NCBI GenBank assembly: GCA_965216875.1
Contig: OZ244207.1
Span: forward strand, 6,464,001-6,528,000
Length of the DNA: 64,000 nucleotides
Direction: 5' to 3'
Source of the DNA: Rubripirellula sp.
GTDB taxonomy: Bacteria > Planctomycetota > Planctomycetia > Pirellulales > Pirellulaceae
The notes beneath the pieces were generated by a model. That model saw only the letters and a list, made by a program, of their open reading frames with translations. It had not been told where the DNA came from and did no database searches. Position 1 is the first letter of the stretch. Each line of letters opens with the position of its first letter. This document shows positions 28,140 to 38,503 of this stretch, piece after piece. Made by a program: the position numbers and the translations under genes.

Positions 28140-29723
28140 TCAATACACGTCGCGGACGTAGCGCTGATTCTTGGTCATGTTTGCGACATAGGCTTTGGCG
28201 TCCTCGTTGCTCATGCCGCCTTCTTGAACAATGATGTCGACGAGTGCTTTGTCGACATCGGCGGCCATTCTCGAGGCATCGCCACAAACGAAGAAGTAGC
28301 CACCTTCTTCGAGCCACTTCCAAAGTTCCGCGGCGTTCTCTCTCATGCGATCTTGAACGTAGACCTTAGCGTCACCATCACGACTGAACGCCGTGTCGAG
28401 TCGAGTGAGCGTTCCTTCATCGACGTATTGTTTCAGTTCGTCCTCGTAAAGGAAGTCACACGCGGCGTGTTGGTCGCCAAAGAACAACCAGTTCTTGCCG
28501 TTGGTTTGGTCGGAGTGGCGTTGTTGGAGGAAGGCCAAGAAGGGAGCGATTCCCGTTCCCGGTCCAACCATGATCATCGGAGCGTTGCTGTCCGCTGGGA
28601 CGGTAAACCCGCCGTGGTTCGGTTGAACAAAGACGCGAAGTGGCCCGCCTTCGCCGACGCGCTCGGCAAGCATCGTGCTGGCGACCCCTTTACGCTCGCG
28701 GCCTTCGCGATCGTATGTCACCTTGCCAACGGTCAAGTGGACCGAGTTGCCCACTTTGCTCATGCTGCTGGCGATCGAATAGAGTCGCGGGTTGAGTGGT
28801 TCGAGGGTCTCGATGAATTCGGTTGGTGTGATCGTCGCGCCCTCCGCGATCTCGACAATCTCAAGGACATCGCATCCTTCGGGCGTACCGCTGCCCAGCA
28901 ATCCGACAAGTTTCGATTTGGCTGTCTCGGATGCGGTGCGTTCGATCAGCAACTCGAGCAATTCGTCACTTGGGTCTCGCAAGCAACAGTCCTCGACGAT
29001 CGCTTCCAGCAGACTCTTTTTCGTTCCTGCGCTTTCGATCGAAATCGACGGGTCGGCACCGAGCAGTTTGATGACCGATAGCGCCAAGTCATTGCAGTTG
29101 GTGGGATAGATCCCCAGTGCATCACCCACGTTGTAGGTCATTCCCGATCCATCCAGATCGATCACCACGTGTCGCGTGTCCTTGGCGGACCCTTCTTTGT
29201 TAAGTGGGCGCGACTCAAGCAATTTCGCCGAGTAAGGGTTTTGTCGTGACCAACCGTTCGGCTTGTCGCTTCCGTTCGTTTTGGGCGCTGATCCACCGCC
29301 CCCTTCGCCGTCGCTCTCCTTGAGCACCTTCTTGATCATTTGTTTGGTTTCTTTGCCGCCGGGGCTACAAAGAGTCAAGTTGGTTTCTTCGCCCGAAGCG
29401 ATCGCTTCGGCGTAAGATTGGCAAACGTAGCCGCACGAACCGCAGTCAAGTTGGGCCATGGCCGCCATCAGCTTTCGCGGCAGCGGTTTTTCTTTGGCGA
29501 GGTCCATTCGGTCGACGATCGGAAGCGCCGAATCATGCCACGGGAAATCTTCTTCCTCTTCAACAGCAGTGCCACCAATCGCATCGGTCGCGATTCCCGC
29601 GGCGGCCAACGCTTCGCCGGGTGCCATGTCGGTTTGGATGCCCATCAATCCAGAGAAAAAACCATTTAGCCAAGCGCGTTGTTCTTCGTTAAACGGTGCG
29701 GTTTCAGGAATGAAGCTACTCAT
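28140..29723 (-). CDS. CysJ-like flavoprotein (FeS domain + FAD/NADPH reductase); probable electron donor to NirA
   Basis: LDCGSCGYVC...C FeS motif; PRLYSIASS, GVASTML, GPGTGIAPF, WLFFG, AFSRD, VYVQDR, CGDA, RYVRDVY. Confidence 0.88.
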   Translation of the reverse strand: MSSFIPETAPFNEEQRAWLNGFFSGLMGIQTDMAPGEALAAAGIATDAIGGTAVEEEEDFPWHDSALPIVDRMDLAKEKPLPRKLMAAMAQLDCGSCGYVCQSYAEAIASGEETNLTLCSPGGKETKQMIKKVLKESDGEGGGGSAPKTNGSDKPNGWSRQNPYSAKLLESRPLNKEGSAKDTRHVVIDLDGSGMTYNVGDALGIYPTNCNDLALSVIKLLGADPSISIESAGTKKSLLEAIVEDCCLRDPSDELLELLIERTASETAKSKLVGLLGSGTPEGCDVLEIVEIAEGATITPTEFIETLEPLNPRLYSIASSMSKVGNSVHLTVGKVTYDREGRERKGVASTMLAERVGEGGPLRVFVQPNHGGFTVPADSNAPMIMVGPGTGIAPFLAFLQQRHSDQTNGKNWLFFGDQHAACDFLYEDELKQYVDEGTLTRLDTAFSRDGDAKVYVQDRMRENAAELWKWLEEGGYFFVCGDASRMAADVDKALVDIIVQEGGMSNEDAKAYVANMTKNQRYVRDVY

Positions 29724-29783
29724 GACTTCGAAAGTTCTTGCGGGGTGCTTGGTTGAGTGTGTTGATTCGGTTGTTGGTGGGTC

Positions 29784-31604
29784 TTAGACCGCGACCGCGG
29801 CGAGCGACTTGAGCTCTTCGTCACTGTGGCGTTTGGCGAAGTCGACAAAGGACTCGTCGTCTTGTCGATTTGCCAAATACCCGCCGATGATGGCGGAAAG
29901 CAGCGAGGGAATCTCGTCATAGGCAACCGCCGAGAACAGCAGCCGCGCGATGCCTTGGCGGTCGCCCCATCCACCGCCAAGGTGAACGTGGTAGCCGTCG
30001 ACCATGTCATCGCCTTGCTCGACTTGGCATCCTTGCAGTCCGATGTCGCCGATGTAGTGCTGAGCACAACTGTGATGGCACCCCGTGACGTGGATGTTCA
30101 AAGGTTGGTCGAGTTCGAAGTTTTGTTCGAGCGTTAGTGCGATTTCCATCGCATGACGCTTGGTGTCGGCTCCGGCAAACTTGCAGCCGGCGCTTCCCGT
30201 GCAAGCGACCAGGCCAGCACGGAACGAACTTGCCCGGTAATCGAGACCGATCTCTTCCAATTCGCGGCCAACGACTTCGATGTCTGAGTCGCGGATGTTC
30301 GGGATCAGAAGGTTTTGCCATACGGTCAAGCGAATGTCGCCGTTGCCGTAGGTGTCGGCGATTCTCGAAAGACCGCGAGCTTGATCGGAAGTCAAACGTC
30401 CAACGGGAAGGACAACGCCGACGTAGTTTCGACCTTCTTGTTTTTGCTTGTGGAATCCAATGTGAGCCAACCGCTGTTCTTTGTTGGGTACCGACACTCG
30501 CGATGCTTCCACACGGCGAAGCGGGCGGCCCATCGATTCCTCGACAGCCGCGATGAACTTGTCAAATCCCCAGTCGTCGAGAACGTACTTCAGGCGGGCT
30601 TTTTTGCGGTCGGTTCGGTCGCCATTTTCGACGAACACGCGGACGATCGCTCCGGCAACTTCGACGCACTCGTCCGGTGTCAGTAACACGCCCGTGTCAC
30701 GTGCAAAGTCTTTGTGTCCGGTGATGCCGCCAAGGGTCAATTGGAAGTAGACGCCCGCGGGCAGGTCATCCGTCGCGCTTTCGGGTAGGACTTCGGCAGC
30801 GTGGAAGCCGATGTCGTTGGTGTCGTCGAGCGCACTGACCCGGCCGCTGCCGTCAAACGCAATGTTGAACTTGCGAGGCAAACCGTACATCTCGCGATGG
30901 TTCAAGATGTAGTGGTGCATCCGTTTTGCAAGTGGAATGGTCTCGATCAGTTCGTCTGGATCGATACCCGAAAGTGGACTGGCGGTGCAGTTGCGAATGT
31001 TGTCGCCGCCACTGCCGAGGTTAACGATGTCGAGTTCACGCAGTCCGTACAGGATGTTCATTGCGTTGTCGGCTTTGATCTCACGAAACTGCAAGTTGGC
31101 TCGCGTGGTGACGTCGATGAAACCTCCAGCACAACGGTCGCCCAAGTCGGCAAGACCACGAAGCTGCCACGATTGCATCGAACCACCTGGGATTCGCATG
31201 CGGCACATGTAGCTGTCTTGAGCGGGGGCGACGTAGAACAGACCGTGGAATTTGGTCAGGAAGACGTCCGTTCCTTTCGGAAACTCGCCCGCATCGCTGC
31301 GAGCTTGCATTTCGTCCCACATGTCCAGCGGGTTCTTTTTTTGCTTGGCAGCTTCTTCGTTACAGAGTTTCTTGCCGCCAGCAATGGTTTTCTGCTGCGC
31401 TTCCAGCGCGATCTTTTCCGGGCCCACTGGCAAGGCTTCGCCATTGACCGTTGCACCACCGCTACCGATTTGGACGCTGACGCCAGGGCCGCCGCTTCCG
31501 CTTAGCACTGGCAAACCGCTTACGGCGCGTGCGACGTCGGCACCAAAGGTGAAGCCGGCGAGGTATTGTTTTTGTTCTTCTGAAAAGGACTTGTTGTCAC
31601 TCAT
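29784..31604 (-). CDS. nirA: Siroheme nitrite reductase NirA
   Basis: YMCRMRIPGG, TTRANLQ, DNIRN, LPRKFNIA, CTGSAGC...GCHHSC. Confidence 0.92.
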   Translation of the reverse strand: MSDNKSFSEEQKQYLAGFTFGADVARAVSGLPVLSGSGGPGVSVQIGSGGATVNGEALPVGPEKIALEAQQKTIAGGKKLCNEEAAKQKKNPLDMWDEMQARSDAGEFPKGTDVFLTKFHGLFYVAPAQDSYMCRMRIPGGSMQSWQLRGLADLGDRCAGGFIDVTTRANLQFREIKADNAMNILYGLRELDIVNLGSGGDNIRNCTASPLSGIDPDELIETIPLAKRMHHYILNHREMYGLPRKFNIAFDGSGRVSALDDTNDIGFHAAEVLPESATDDLPAGVYFQLTLGGITGHKDFARDTGVLLTPDECVEVAGAIVRVFVENGDRTDRKKARLKYVLDDWGFDKFIAAVEESMGRPLRRVEASRVSVPNKEQRLAHIGFHKQKQEGRNYVGVVLPVGRLTSDQARGLSRIADTYGNGDIRLTVWQNLLIPNIRDSDIEVVGRELEEIGLDYRASSFRAGLVACTGSAGCKFAGADTKRHAMEIALTLEQNFELDQPLNIHVTGCHHSCAQHYIGDIGLQGCQVEQGDDMVDGYHVHLGGGWGDRQGIARLLFSAVAYDEIPSLLSAIIGGYLANRQDDESFVDFAKRHSDEELKSLAAVAV

Positions 31605-31606
31605 GT

Positions 31607-33880
31607 TTAGACACCCAACGTTTTAGTGCTGTCTTGGCGAGCGTCGATCGGCTCGATGGTCACTGCGCAATCCTTGTAGCTCGGTTGACGGCTATAGGGA
31701 TCGAAATGTCGCAGCGTTAGTTGATTGGTTTGGTCGTAGTGCATCGGCATAAAGGCTTGGCCCTTGGCGACAGTTGGCGAAATCAATGCATTGGCAATCG
31801 TCTCCCCACGACGCGAACGGATACAAACTTCTTCACCATTGGCGACGCCCATCTGGTCGGCATCGTCAGGATGGATTTCGATGTATGGTTTGGTCGGATA
31901 AAGCTTGCGAAGCACAGGGCTTTTGCTGGTCCGTGTTTGTGTGTGCCACTGGCTTGCCGTTCCGCGTCCCGTCAAAAGCAAGTACGGGTAGTCGTCATCG
32001 GGCGATTCCGGCATCGGTGTGATGTCATCAACGATCAACTTTGCTTTACCGTCGGCGTGATAGAATTTGCCGTCTGCAAAGAGGCGTCGTTGTTGTTCCG
32101 GTTCCGCTCCGCCTTTGGCTTGTTCGGCACTCCAAGGCCATTGCAGTCCGCCCAGTTTGTCGATTTGTTCGTAGCCATTGACGCCGGTGATGTCACAGGG
32201 CTGTCCTTCGCTTGCCCGTTGCATGATCCGAAAGACCGCCTCGGGATTGGTCCACTCGGCAAACATGTCGCCGACGCCCCAGTAATGGGCGATGCCTCGG
32301 AAAATATGGAAGTCGGCCAGGGCTTGTCCCGGTGCGGGGCGAACCTTCTTGAGCAGTCCGTATCGCCGTTCGCTGTTGATGAAGGTTCCTTCCTTTTCAC
32401 CCCATCCAGCGGCTGGCAAGATCAGGTCAGCTTGTTCGGCAGTCTCGGTCGAGTCGTACATGTCTTGCACGACCAGGAAATCAAGTTGCTCGATCAATTC
32501 GTGGAAGTCGCCCTGGTCGATCCAGCTATGTGCGGGGTTGGTGGCGATGACCCACAAGCCTTTGATTTCACCGTTGCGAATGCCGTCGACGATTCGGTCG
32601 TAACTCCAACTGCCTTCGGTCGGGATGGTTTCGACATCGATGCCAAGGACGTCGGCAACCTTTTGGCGATCCGCTTCGCTTTCGAATTTGTGATGCCCGA
32701 ATAGGTTCGTCGTGTTGCTCCAAAGTCGCGAACCCATCGCGTTGCATTGACCGGTAATGCTGTTGGCACCCGTTCCCGGCTTGCCAATGTTCCCGGTGAT
32801 CAAGGCAATGTTGATGATCGCTTGAGCCGTCCGCGTCCCCTCGTAGCTCTGGTTGACACCCATCGTCCACCACAGCGAGGCTGCGTCGGCGTCGGCAATG
32901 GTGTCGGCGGCGCGACGGATGGTGTCGGCAGGGATGCCGGAGGTTTCGGCAACCGTTTCGGGGCTAAAGCTTTCGACGTGTTGGCACAGTTCGTCAAAGC
33001 CCGTCGTGTTGGCATCGACAAACGCCCGGTCGACTTTGCCCGATTGGATGATGTGATGAGTGATCGCGTACAGCAGCGCCAAATCAGACTTTGGCTCGAT
33101 CTGCAAATGTTGGGTCGCTGCCATCGCCGTTTCGGTTCGGCGCGGATCAATGACAATGATCTCGGGAGATTTTTCGTTTCGCAAGACGCGTTCCCACATG
33201 ATCGGGTGGCCGATACAGGGGTTGGAGCCAACGAACACGATGCAATCGCTTTGTTCGAAATCGTCATAGGTGTATGGCGGTGCGTCAAAGCCGAACGATT
33301 CTTTGTAGGCCGTCACGGCAGTGGCCATGCATTGACGTGTGTTTCCGTCGCCGTGCTTGATGCCCATGCCAAATTTGGCGACCGCACCAAGCATCGCCAT
33401 TTCTTCGCAGGGGATTTGGCCAGTGCTTAGGAAAGCGATCGAGTCGTTGCCATGTTCGGCCTGGATCGCTTTCATCTTGGACGTGAACAGCTTGAACGCT
33501 TCATCCCAAGAAACGGCTTTGCGTGTTCCGTCACTTTGTCGAACAAGTGGCTCGGTTGCCCGGTCGTCGGCTTCCAGCACACGCAGCGCTTCCCAGCCTT
33601 TTGGACAGGCCATGCCGAGGTTGACGGGATAGGCTGTCTCGGGAGTTAGGCCGATGCCTTCGCCGTCGCGGACGTGCAATCGCAAGCCGCAACCGGTCGC
33701 GCAAAAGCCGCAAGCCGCAGTGGTTGTGGCGTCAGCCTGCATCGACTCATGCGTCATTCCCAAGCCGTGTTCGCCGGGATGCAACAGAAGTTCGCGCGTC
33801 ATTTTGCCGTCACGTTGCTGGAGCAACTGTGGCAACTGGACCGATTTGCGAGATTCGTTTGGCGTCAGTGTTTGGCTCAT
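31607..33880 (-). CDS. nasA: Assimilatory-type molybdopterin nitrate reductase catalytic subunit (NasA/NarB-like)
   Basis: CGFCATGC...CPKG [4Fe-4S]; [37 protein letters not shown]; no Tat motif. Confidence 0.9.
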   Translation of the reverse strand: MSQTLTPNESRKSVQLPQLLQQRDGKMTRELLLHPGEHGLGMTHESMQADATTTAACGFCATGCGLRLHVRDGEGIGLTPETAYPVNLGMACPKGWEALRVLEADDRATEPLVRQSDGTRKAVSWDEAFKLFTSKMKAIQAEHGNDSIAFLSTGQIPCEEMAMLGAVAKFGMGIKHGDGNTRQCMATAVTAYKESFGFDAPPYTYDDFEQSDCIVFVGSNPCIGHPIMWERVLRNEKSPEIIVIDPRRTETAMAATQHLQIEPKSDLALLYAITHHIIQSGKVDRAFVDANTTGFDELCQHVESFSPETVAETSGIPADTIRRAADTIADADAASLWWTMGVNQSYEGTRTAQAIINIALITGNIGKPGTGANSITGQCNAMGSRLWSNTTNLFGHHKFESEADRQKVADVLGIDVETIPTEGSWSYDRIVDGIRNGEIKGLWVIATNPAHSWIDQGDFHELIEQLDFLVVQDMYDSTETAEQADLILPAAGWGEKEGTFINSERRYGLLKKVRPAPGQALADFHIFRGIAHYWGVGDMFAEWTNPEAVFRIMQRASEGQPCDITGVNGYEQIDKLGGLQWPWSAEQAKGGAEPEQQRRLFADGKFYHADGKAKLIVDDITPMPESPDDDYPYLLLTGRGTASQWHTQTRTSKSPVLRKLYPTKPYIEIHPDDADQMGVANGEEVCIRSRRGETIANALISPTVAKGQAFMPMHYDQTNQLTLRHFDPYSRQPSYKDCAVTIEPIDARQDSTKTLGV

Positions 33881-35601
33881 CGCAGCGTCCCCGGCATTCG
33901 GTCGTAAACCACGCTGCTGAAATACAACAGCCTTTCAAATCCCTCGCCGACGGCAAGTGTCAATGCACCGCCGATCGCCAATGGCAACGCTAGCGAAGGC
34001 AACGCGATCACCGAGACCGTTGCGGCAATCAGAAGCCCGAGCGATGCGAGTCCCATTGCGATGCGAGTCTTGACCAGTGGCTTGAGTTCCCGAGCAACCA
34101 GAGCGCGGCTGCGGCGATCGTAGTCGTCGCCTCCGATCCCGCCGGTAGGCTTGAATTGCAATCGGTTTTCCCAGTCGAGTTTGATTCCCAAAGCCGCGAC
34201 GCCAACGATCAACGCGATCGCTGTTAGCGGGCTCGATGCTTGAGCGTAGATCATTGCGACGGCGGTCCAGGCTGCACCGGCAGCGAGCGTTGTTCCAAAG
34301 AACCGCTTCAAGGTTCGTGAGTGACGCCATAGCACTCGCTTGGTTGCGATGTAAATCATCGCACTGCAGTACAACCCAGCGACACCAAAGAGAATCGATG
34401 TGCCAAGCAAAGCCTTGGCAACCCAGGTTGGGACCCAAGCATTGACCGTTTCGGCAAGGCCTTCGCTGATCACAGGCAACCACAGGAGTCCAACGGCAAG
34501 GGCAAGGATCCCGGCGAACTTCCCAAGCACCACCGCTTCGCGGCTAAGCCAGCTTGTCCGAAGTCCGAGGAAGATGCGCCAGGACCGCAAAGGTTGTCCG
34601 AGGTGCATCGGTGCAAGGTTCAAACCAATCGCAGCGATGACAAAGGCGACAAGTGCATTGATACGGGTCGCCATGATCGGCATCTCTTCGCCGCCGAACC
34701 AAAGGATTGAAGCGGCGATCCGTTCAATCAACAACATCCCGACAGAGATTTGAGTTCCAACCAACATCAGGGCGAGTGGCCAATGGTCTTCGGCCACCTC
34801 GTCGACACCTTGGTCGTGCGGTTGAGCGTCGAGGAACGCTTCGACGTTGCCCGATGGGCTGGCATAGTTGGTCGTTGGCTGGGTGATGTCTGAGGGTGCA
34901 GTTCCCGGCGCGACTTGAGCGGGGAATTGTGCGACTTCGTTTTCGTCGACGATTTGAATCGAGATCGCTTCGTTGGGACACGATTGAACACATGCGGGTG
35001 CTTCGCCCACACTGAGCCGTTGGTGACACATGTCGCATTTGCGAACGATCCCAAGTCGATCGCTGTACTGTGGCACTTCGTAGGGGCACATCATCGTGCA
35101 GTACTTGCAACCAATGCACTGGTCGTCCAAGTGACGGACGATGCCGGTTTCGGGATCTTTGTCGTACGCTTTGACGGGACATCCGCTCAAGCAGCCTGGT
35201 TCGACGCAGTGATGACAAGCGGAGGTGACGTGTTGGATTCGCGATTCCGGCTGGCCGATGGTCACCGTGCCGACACGCCGCCAGCTTTCGTTCTCTTCCA
35301 GCCCGTTCATCGTGTGACAGGCAACCACGCAGGCTTTACAGCCACTGCATGCGTCAAGGTCAACGCGAAAGGCGTACTGTTGCCCTGGTCCAGGCGCGGT
35401 CGCGGGCAACAAACTGCGATAGTACGCCGCTTGAGCCGGCTCTTGTTCAGGAAGGTCGCCCGCATCATGCAACGCACTAAACCGCTCGACCGCAGTCAGC
35501 GTTTGCTGCTCGGACAATAACATTTCGACCAAATCGAACTTGGGCTCGTTCGATGCGTCGTCGCTATGTTGATCGGTTGGTGAAGGGAGCGTTGTGGACA
35601 T
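33877..35601 (-). CDS. DmsB/NrfC-type 4x[4Fe-4S] domain fused to a DmsC/YnfH-type membrane anchor
   Basis: [59 protein letters not shown]; about 8 TM helices; 4-nt overlap with nasA. Confidence 0.88.
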   Translation of the reverse strand: MSTTLPSPTDQHSDDASNEPKFDLVEMLLSEQQTLTAVERFSALHDAGDLPEQEPAQAAYYRSLLPATAPGPGQQYAFRVDLDACSGCKACVVACHTMNGLEENESWRRVGTVTIGQPESRIQHVTSACHHCVEPGCLSGCPVKAYDKDPETGIVRHLDDQCIGCKYCTMMCPYEVPQYSDRLGIVRKCDMCHQRLSVGEAPACVQSCPNEAISIQIVDENEVAQFPAQVAPGTAPSDITQPTTNYASPSGNVEAFLDAQPHDQGVDEVAEDHWPLALMLVGTQISVGMLLIERIAASILWFGGEEMPIMATRINALVAFVIAAIGLNLAPMHLGQPLRSWRIFLGLRTSWLSREAVVLGKFAGILALAVGLLWLPVISEGLAETVNAWVPTWVAKALLGTSILFGVAGLYCSAMIYIATKRVLWRHSRTLKRFFGTTLAAGAAWTAVAMIYAQASSPLTAIALIVGVAALGIKLDWENRLQFKPTGGIGGDDYDRRSRALVARELKPLVKTRIAMGLASLGLLIAATVSVIALPSLALPLAIGGALTLAVGEGFERLLYFSSVVYDRMPGTLR

Positions 35602-35607
35602 GAGTTC

Positions 35608-36525
35608 CTAGAAGTACAGCGCGGTGACACTTGCTAACTTGTCGCCATCAAAGAAAGGAATGGCCAACCCGCTTGTTGGTTTGGTCGGCAATTCGCCTAG
35701 CGTTCGGCCCGCAGCCAGACGCTCGGGATCATCCGTCAGAGCCGCAGCACCGCGAGATGCGGCGAGTCCCGGCAAGCCGGCATCGGCCGGCAACGTCGTC
35801 TGTTCAGGCAGCGCGAACGGAGCACCGGCGTCGCTGAACGCACCGCCGACCAACGAAAAGCCAGCATCGGTGACGTTCCAGACTTCCATGGCTTGGGCAA
35901 GTGGCGAGACGGCAGAACTGATCAGCAAGACCGAGCTATGGAAGTTGTCCGATGCGATCGGAATACCAATCGCGGTTTTGAGCAATTCGGCCGATGCACC
36001 GGCGGCTCGCAGGAACCCAGGATGGTTTGGCAGGTCGTCGTGAATCACACTCGAACGCTGTTGCCAAACTTGGCCAGGCAGTCCGTTTCCTTTTTCGAAA
36101 CGAACGAAGGAGCTCACGTTCTGGAAACGCTCCATGCGGCCATAGAAGCCAGCCTTGAGCGAAACTTCTTCGTAGATGCCGATGGGTTCCCAAACTTCGA
36201 AGACGCCGACAACGTTGTCTTGGCCGTCGCAAAGCTTCTTTGATGAAAGGACAACGACCGAAACGATTTGTCCGCTACGGTAAACCGGTATCGCGATCGA
36301 CGCCGAAGCGTCCGAAGGAAGCGATCCTGCGTCGGTGCACACTTCGGCCGAGCCCGATTGGATCGCTTTTTGCGCGATCGATTCGGCCGGCGCGCCGATG
36401 GCGCCCGCGATTTGGTTATCGGCGATGTCATAAACATTGACATCGCACAAGAACGAATTGGATGGTAACGAGGAAATAGACAAGAGATCGAAAAACCGGG
36501 AACGAGGGAGGGGGCCGATTGTCAT
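35608..36525 (-). CDS. Stand-alone GAF-like repeat protein
   Basis: Repeated GLPGQVWQ..AIGIPI and GLPGLAAS..GLAIPF units; no output domain recognised. Confidence 0.7.
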   Translation of the reverse strand: MTIGPLPRSRFFDLLSISSLPSNSFLCDVNVYDIADNQIAGAIGAPAESIAQKAIQSGSAEVCTDAGSLPSDASASIAIPVYRSGQIVSVVVLSSKKLCDGQDNVVGVFEVWEPIGIYEEVSLKAGFYGRMERFQNVSSFVRFEKGNGLPGQVWQQRSSVIHDDLPNHPGFLRAAGASAELLKTAIGIPIASDNFHSSVLLISSAVSPLAQAMEVWNVTDAGFSLVGGAFSDAGAPFALPEQTTLPADAGLPGLAASRGAAALTDDPERLAAGRTLGELPTKPTSGLAIPFFDGDKLASVTALYF

Positions 36526-36546
36526 CTTGACGTCGCGGGTCGTTGT

Positions 36547-37413
36547 TTAGACCGTTTCAGCAACTTCATTGGCGGATTCGGAAGACTCTTCTTCCGCTTT
36601 CTTCGCTTCCAAAGCTGCCAGATCCTCCTTGAGTTTTTTGTGATCCTGATCTTCGAGGAAGTGGATCATGTCGCCCCGTAAGTCGTAGTAATCGGGATGC
36701 TCAAGCACTTCGGCTCGGACGCGCGGGCGATCGAAAGGCATGTCAAAGATCTTGCCCACGCGAGCACGCGGCCCGTTGGTCATCATCACGACTCGGTCGC
36801 TCATAAACAGAGCTTCGTCGACATCGTGGGTGATCATCATGGTGGTGACCTTGTCACGCACCAGGATTTCAAGAAGCACTTCTTGCAGTTCCATCCGCGT
36901 CAACGAATCGAGCATGCCGAACGGTTCGTCAAGCAATAGCATCTTGGGGCGCAGAGCGAACGCGCGAGCGATGCCAACACGTTGTTGCATCCCTTGGCTG
37001 AGGTCCGATGCTCGCATGTTCAGGCTGTTGCCAAGACCGACAAGCGAGAGGTAGTAGCCCGCCAGGTCGCGGCGATCGGCCTTGGTCGCATGCGGGTAGA
37101 CTTGGTTGACTCCGAGCATGACGTTTTCCATCGCTGTCATCCAAGGCATCAAGCAAGGCGACTGGAAAACGACACCGCGGTCAGGACCTGGGCCACGAAT
37201 TTCGTGGTGATCGACCACGACACCGCCGTGAGTGATGTCGTTGAGTCCGGCGACCATGGTCAACACGGTGCTCTTGCCACAACCGGAGTGCCCGAGCAGG
37301 CAAACGTATTCGCCTTGTTCCATGTTCAGGTTGAACTGCTCGACAATGATCGCAGGACCATTGGGCGTGTCGTAGGTTTTTCCGAGATTGAACATCTCGA
37401 CGTAACCGGCCAT
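36547..37413 (-). CDS. nrtD: Nitrate ABC transporter ATP-binding protein
   Basis: [43 protein letters not shown]. Confidence 0.88.
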   Translation of the reverse strand: MAGYVEMFNLGKTYDTPNGPAIIVEQFNLNMEQGEYVCLLGHSGCGKSTVLTMVAGLNDITHGGVVVDHHEIRGPGPDRGVVFQSPCLMPWMTAMENVMLGVNQVYPHATKADRRDLAGYYLSLVGLGNSLNMRASDLSQGMQQRVGIARAFALRPKMLLLDEPFGMLDSLTRMELQEVLLEILVRDKVTTMMITHDVDEALFMSDRVVMMTNGPRARVGKIFDMPFDRPRVRAEVLEHPDYYDLRGDMIHFLEDQDHKKLKEDLAALEAKKAEEESSESANEVAETV

Positions 37414-37460
37414 TTCTGTTTCTTTCGCTTAGGTGGAGGGGGATTGCGAAGTCTTGTTTG

Positions 37461-37500
37461 GCGTTGCTGTAGCGTTGGGAGCGTTGCTGTAGCGTTGGGA
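37461..37500. repeat. 20-bp perfect tandem duplication
   Basis: GCGTTGCTGTAGCGTTGGGA x2. Confidence 0.9.
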
Positions 37501-37501
37501 G

Positions 37502-38443
37502 CTAGGCGTTCGGATTGATGAACGCTTTGCTCGGCAGCGACAGGTCGGCGGGCTTGATGTCGGGCAAACGGAATTCAGTCGTCGATTCCGCAGATTCCTT
37601 ATCACGCGAGCGTTGGCGCACGGCGACCAGGTAGTTGGTCACGGCATTTCGCAGTCCTTTGAATGTTTCGTTGTGGTTCAACTCGGTTTTGTTGCGAGGA
37701 CGATCGAGTTCGACCGTGAACGCAGGGCCAAGTGAAGCGCGAGGGCCGGGGTTGAGTGGGACGATGCGGTCAGCAACGAGAATCGCTTCGTCGACGTCGT
37801 TGGTGATCATCACGCACGTTTGTCGCTCCTCTTCCCAGATCTTGAGGATCTCTTCCTGCATCACACTTCGCGTCAGCGCGTCGAGAGCCGAAAGCGGTTC
37901 GTCCAACAACAGGACTTTTGGTTTCATCGCCAGCGTCCGTGCCAGCGATGTACGTTGACGCATGCCGCCAGAAAGTTCATGAGGCCGACGATGGGCAGCG
38001 TGGCTCAGACCCACCATCTCGATGAACTTCTCGACATGATCTTTGCGTTCTCCCTTGCTCCAATCTTTGAAGACACGATCAACCGACAAGGCAATGTTGC
38101 CCCGAACGGTCAACCAAGGCAGAAGCGAGTAGTTCTGAAACACGAGGCCGCGATCCGGTCCAGGACCAGTGATCACTTCGCCATCCATCGTGATTTCCCC
38201 AGCATCGGGGCGAATCAATCCGGCAAGCAGCTGAGTGAACGTCGTCTTACCGCTACCCGAAAACCCGACCACCGCAAGAAACTCGCCTTCGCGAATATTC
38301 AAGTTGATGTTGGTCAGGACTTCGTTTCGAGTGACGCCGCTACCGTAACCCTTGCTAACGTTCCGAAGCTGCATCAGCGGCTCGGGTGTCGACTCGGTTA
38401 AACGGTTGGAGATTGCGGGACGTGGAAGGACAGCAACGCTCAT
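37502..38443 (-). CDS. nrtC: Nitrate ABC transporter ATP-binding protein
   Basis: [43 protein letters not shown]. Confidence 0.85.
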   Translation of the reverse strand: MSVAVLPRPAISNRLTESTPEPLMQLRNVSKGYGSGVTRNEVLTNINLNIREGEFLAVVGFSGSGKTTFTQLLAGLIRPDAGEITMDGEVITGPGPDRGLVFQNYSLLPWLTVRGNIALSVDRVFKDWSKGERKDHVEKFIEMVGLSHAAHRRPHELSGGMRQRTSLARTLAMKPKVLLLDEPLSALDALTRSVMQEEILKIWEEERQTCVMITNDVDEAILVADRIVPLNPGPRASLGPAFTVELDRPRNKTELNHNETFKGLRNAVTNYLVAVRQRSRDKESAESTTEFRLPDIKPADLSLPSKAFINPNA

Positions 38444-38503
38444 CGTGTTTCTTCAGTTCGTACAAGTTGGAGATGAGAAAGGAAAACCCATGCGAGGCGG
38501 AGC

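Noticed and set aside
28140..31604. Sulfite reductase CysJI
   Set aside because: Context is nitrate transporter plus nitrate reductase, with no cys genes; the hemoprotein motifs fit NirA
26192..37500. CRISPR array from the short direct repeats at 26192 and 37461
   Set aside because: Only two units each, no spacers and no cas genes
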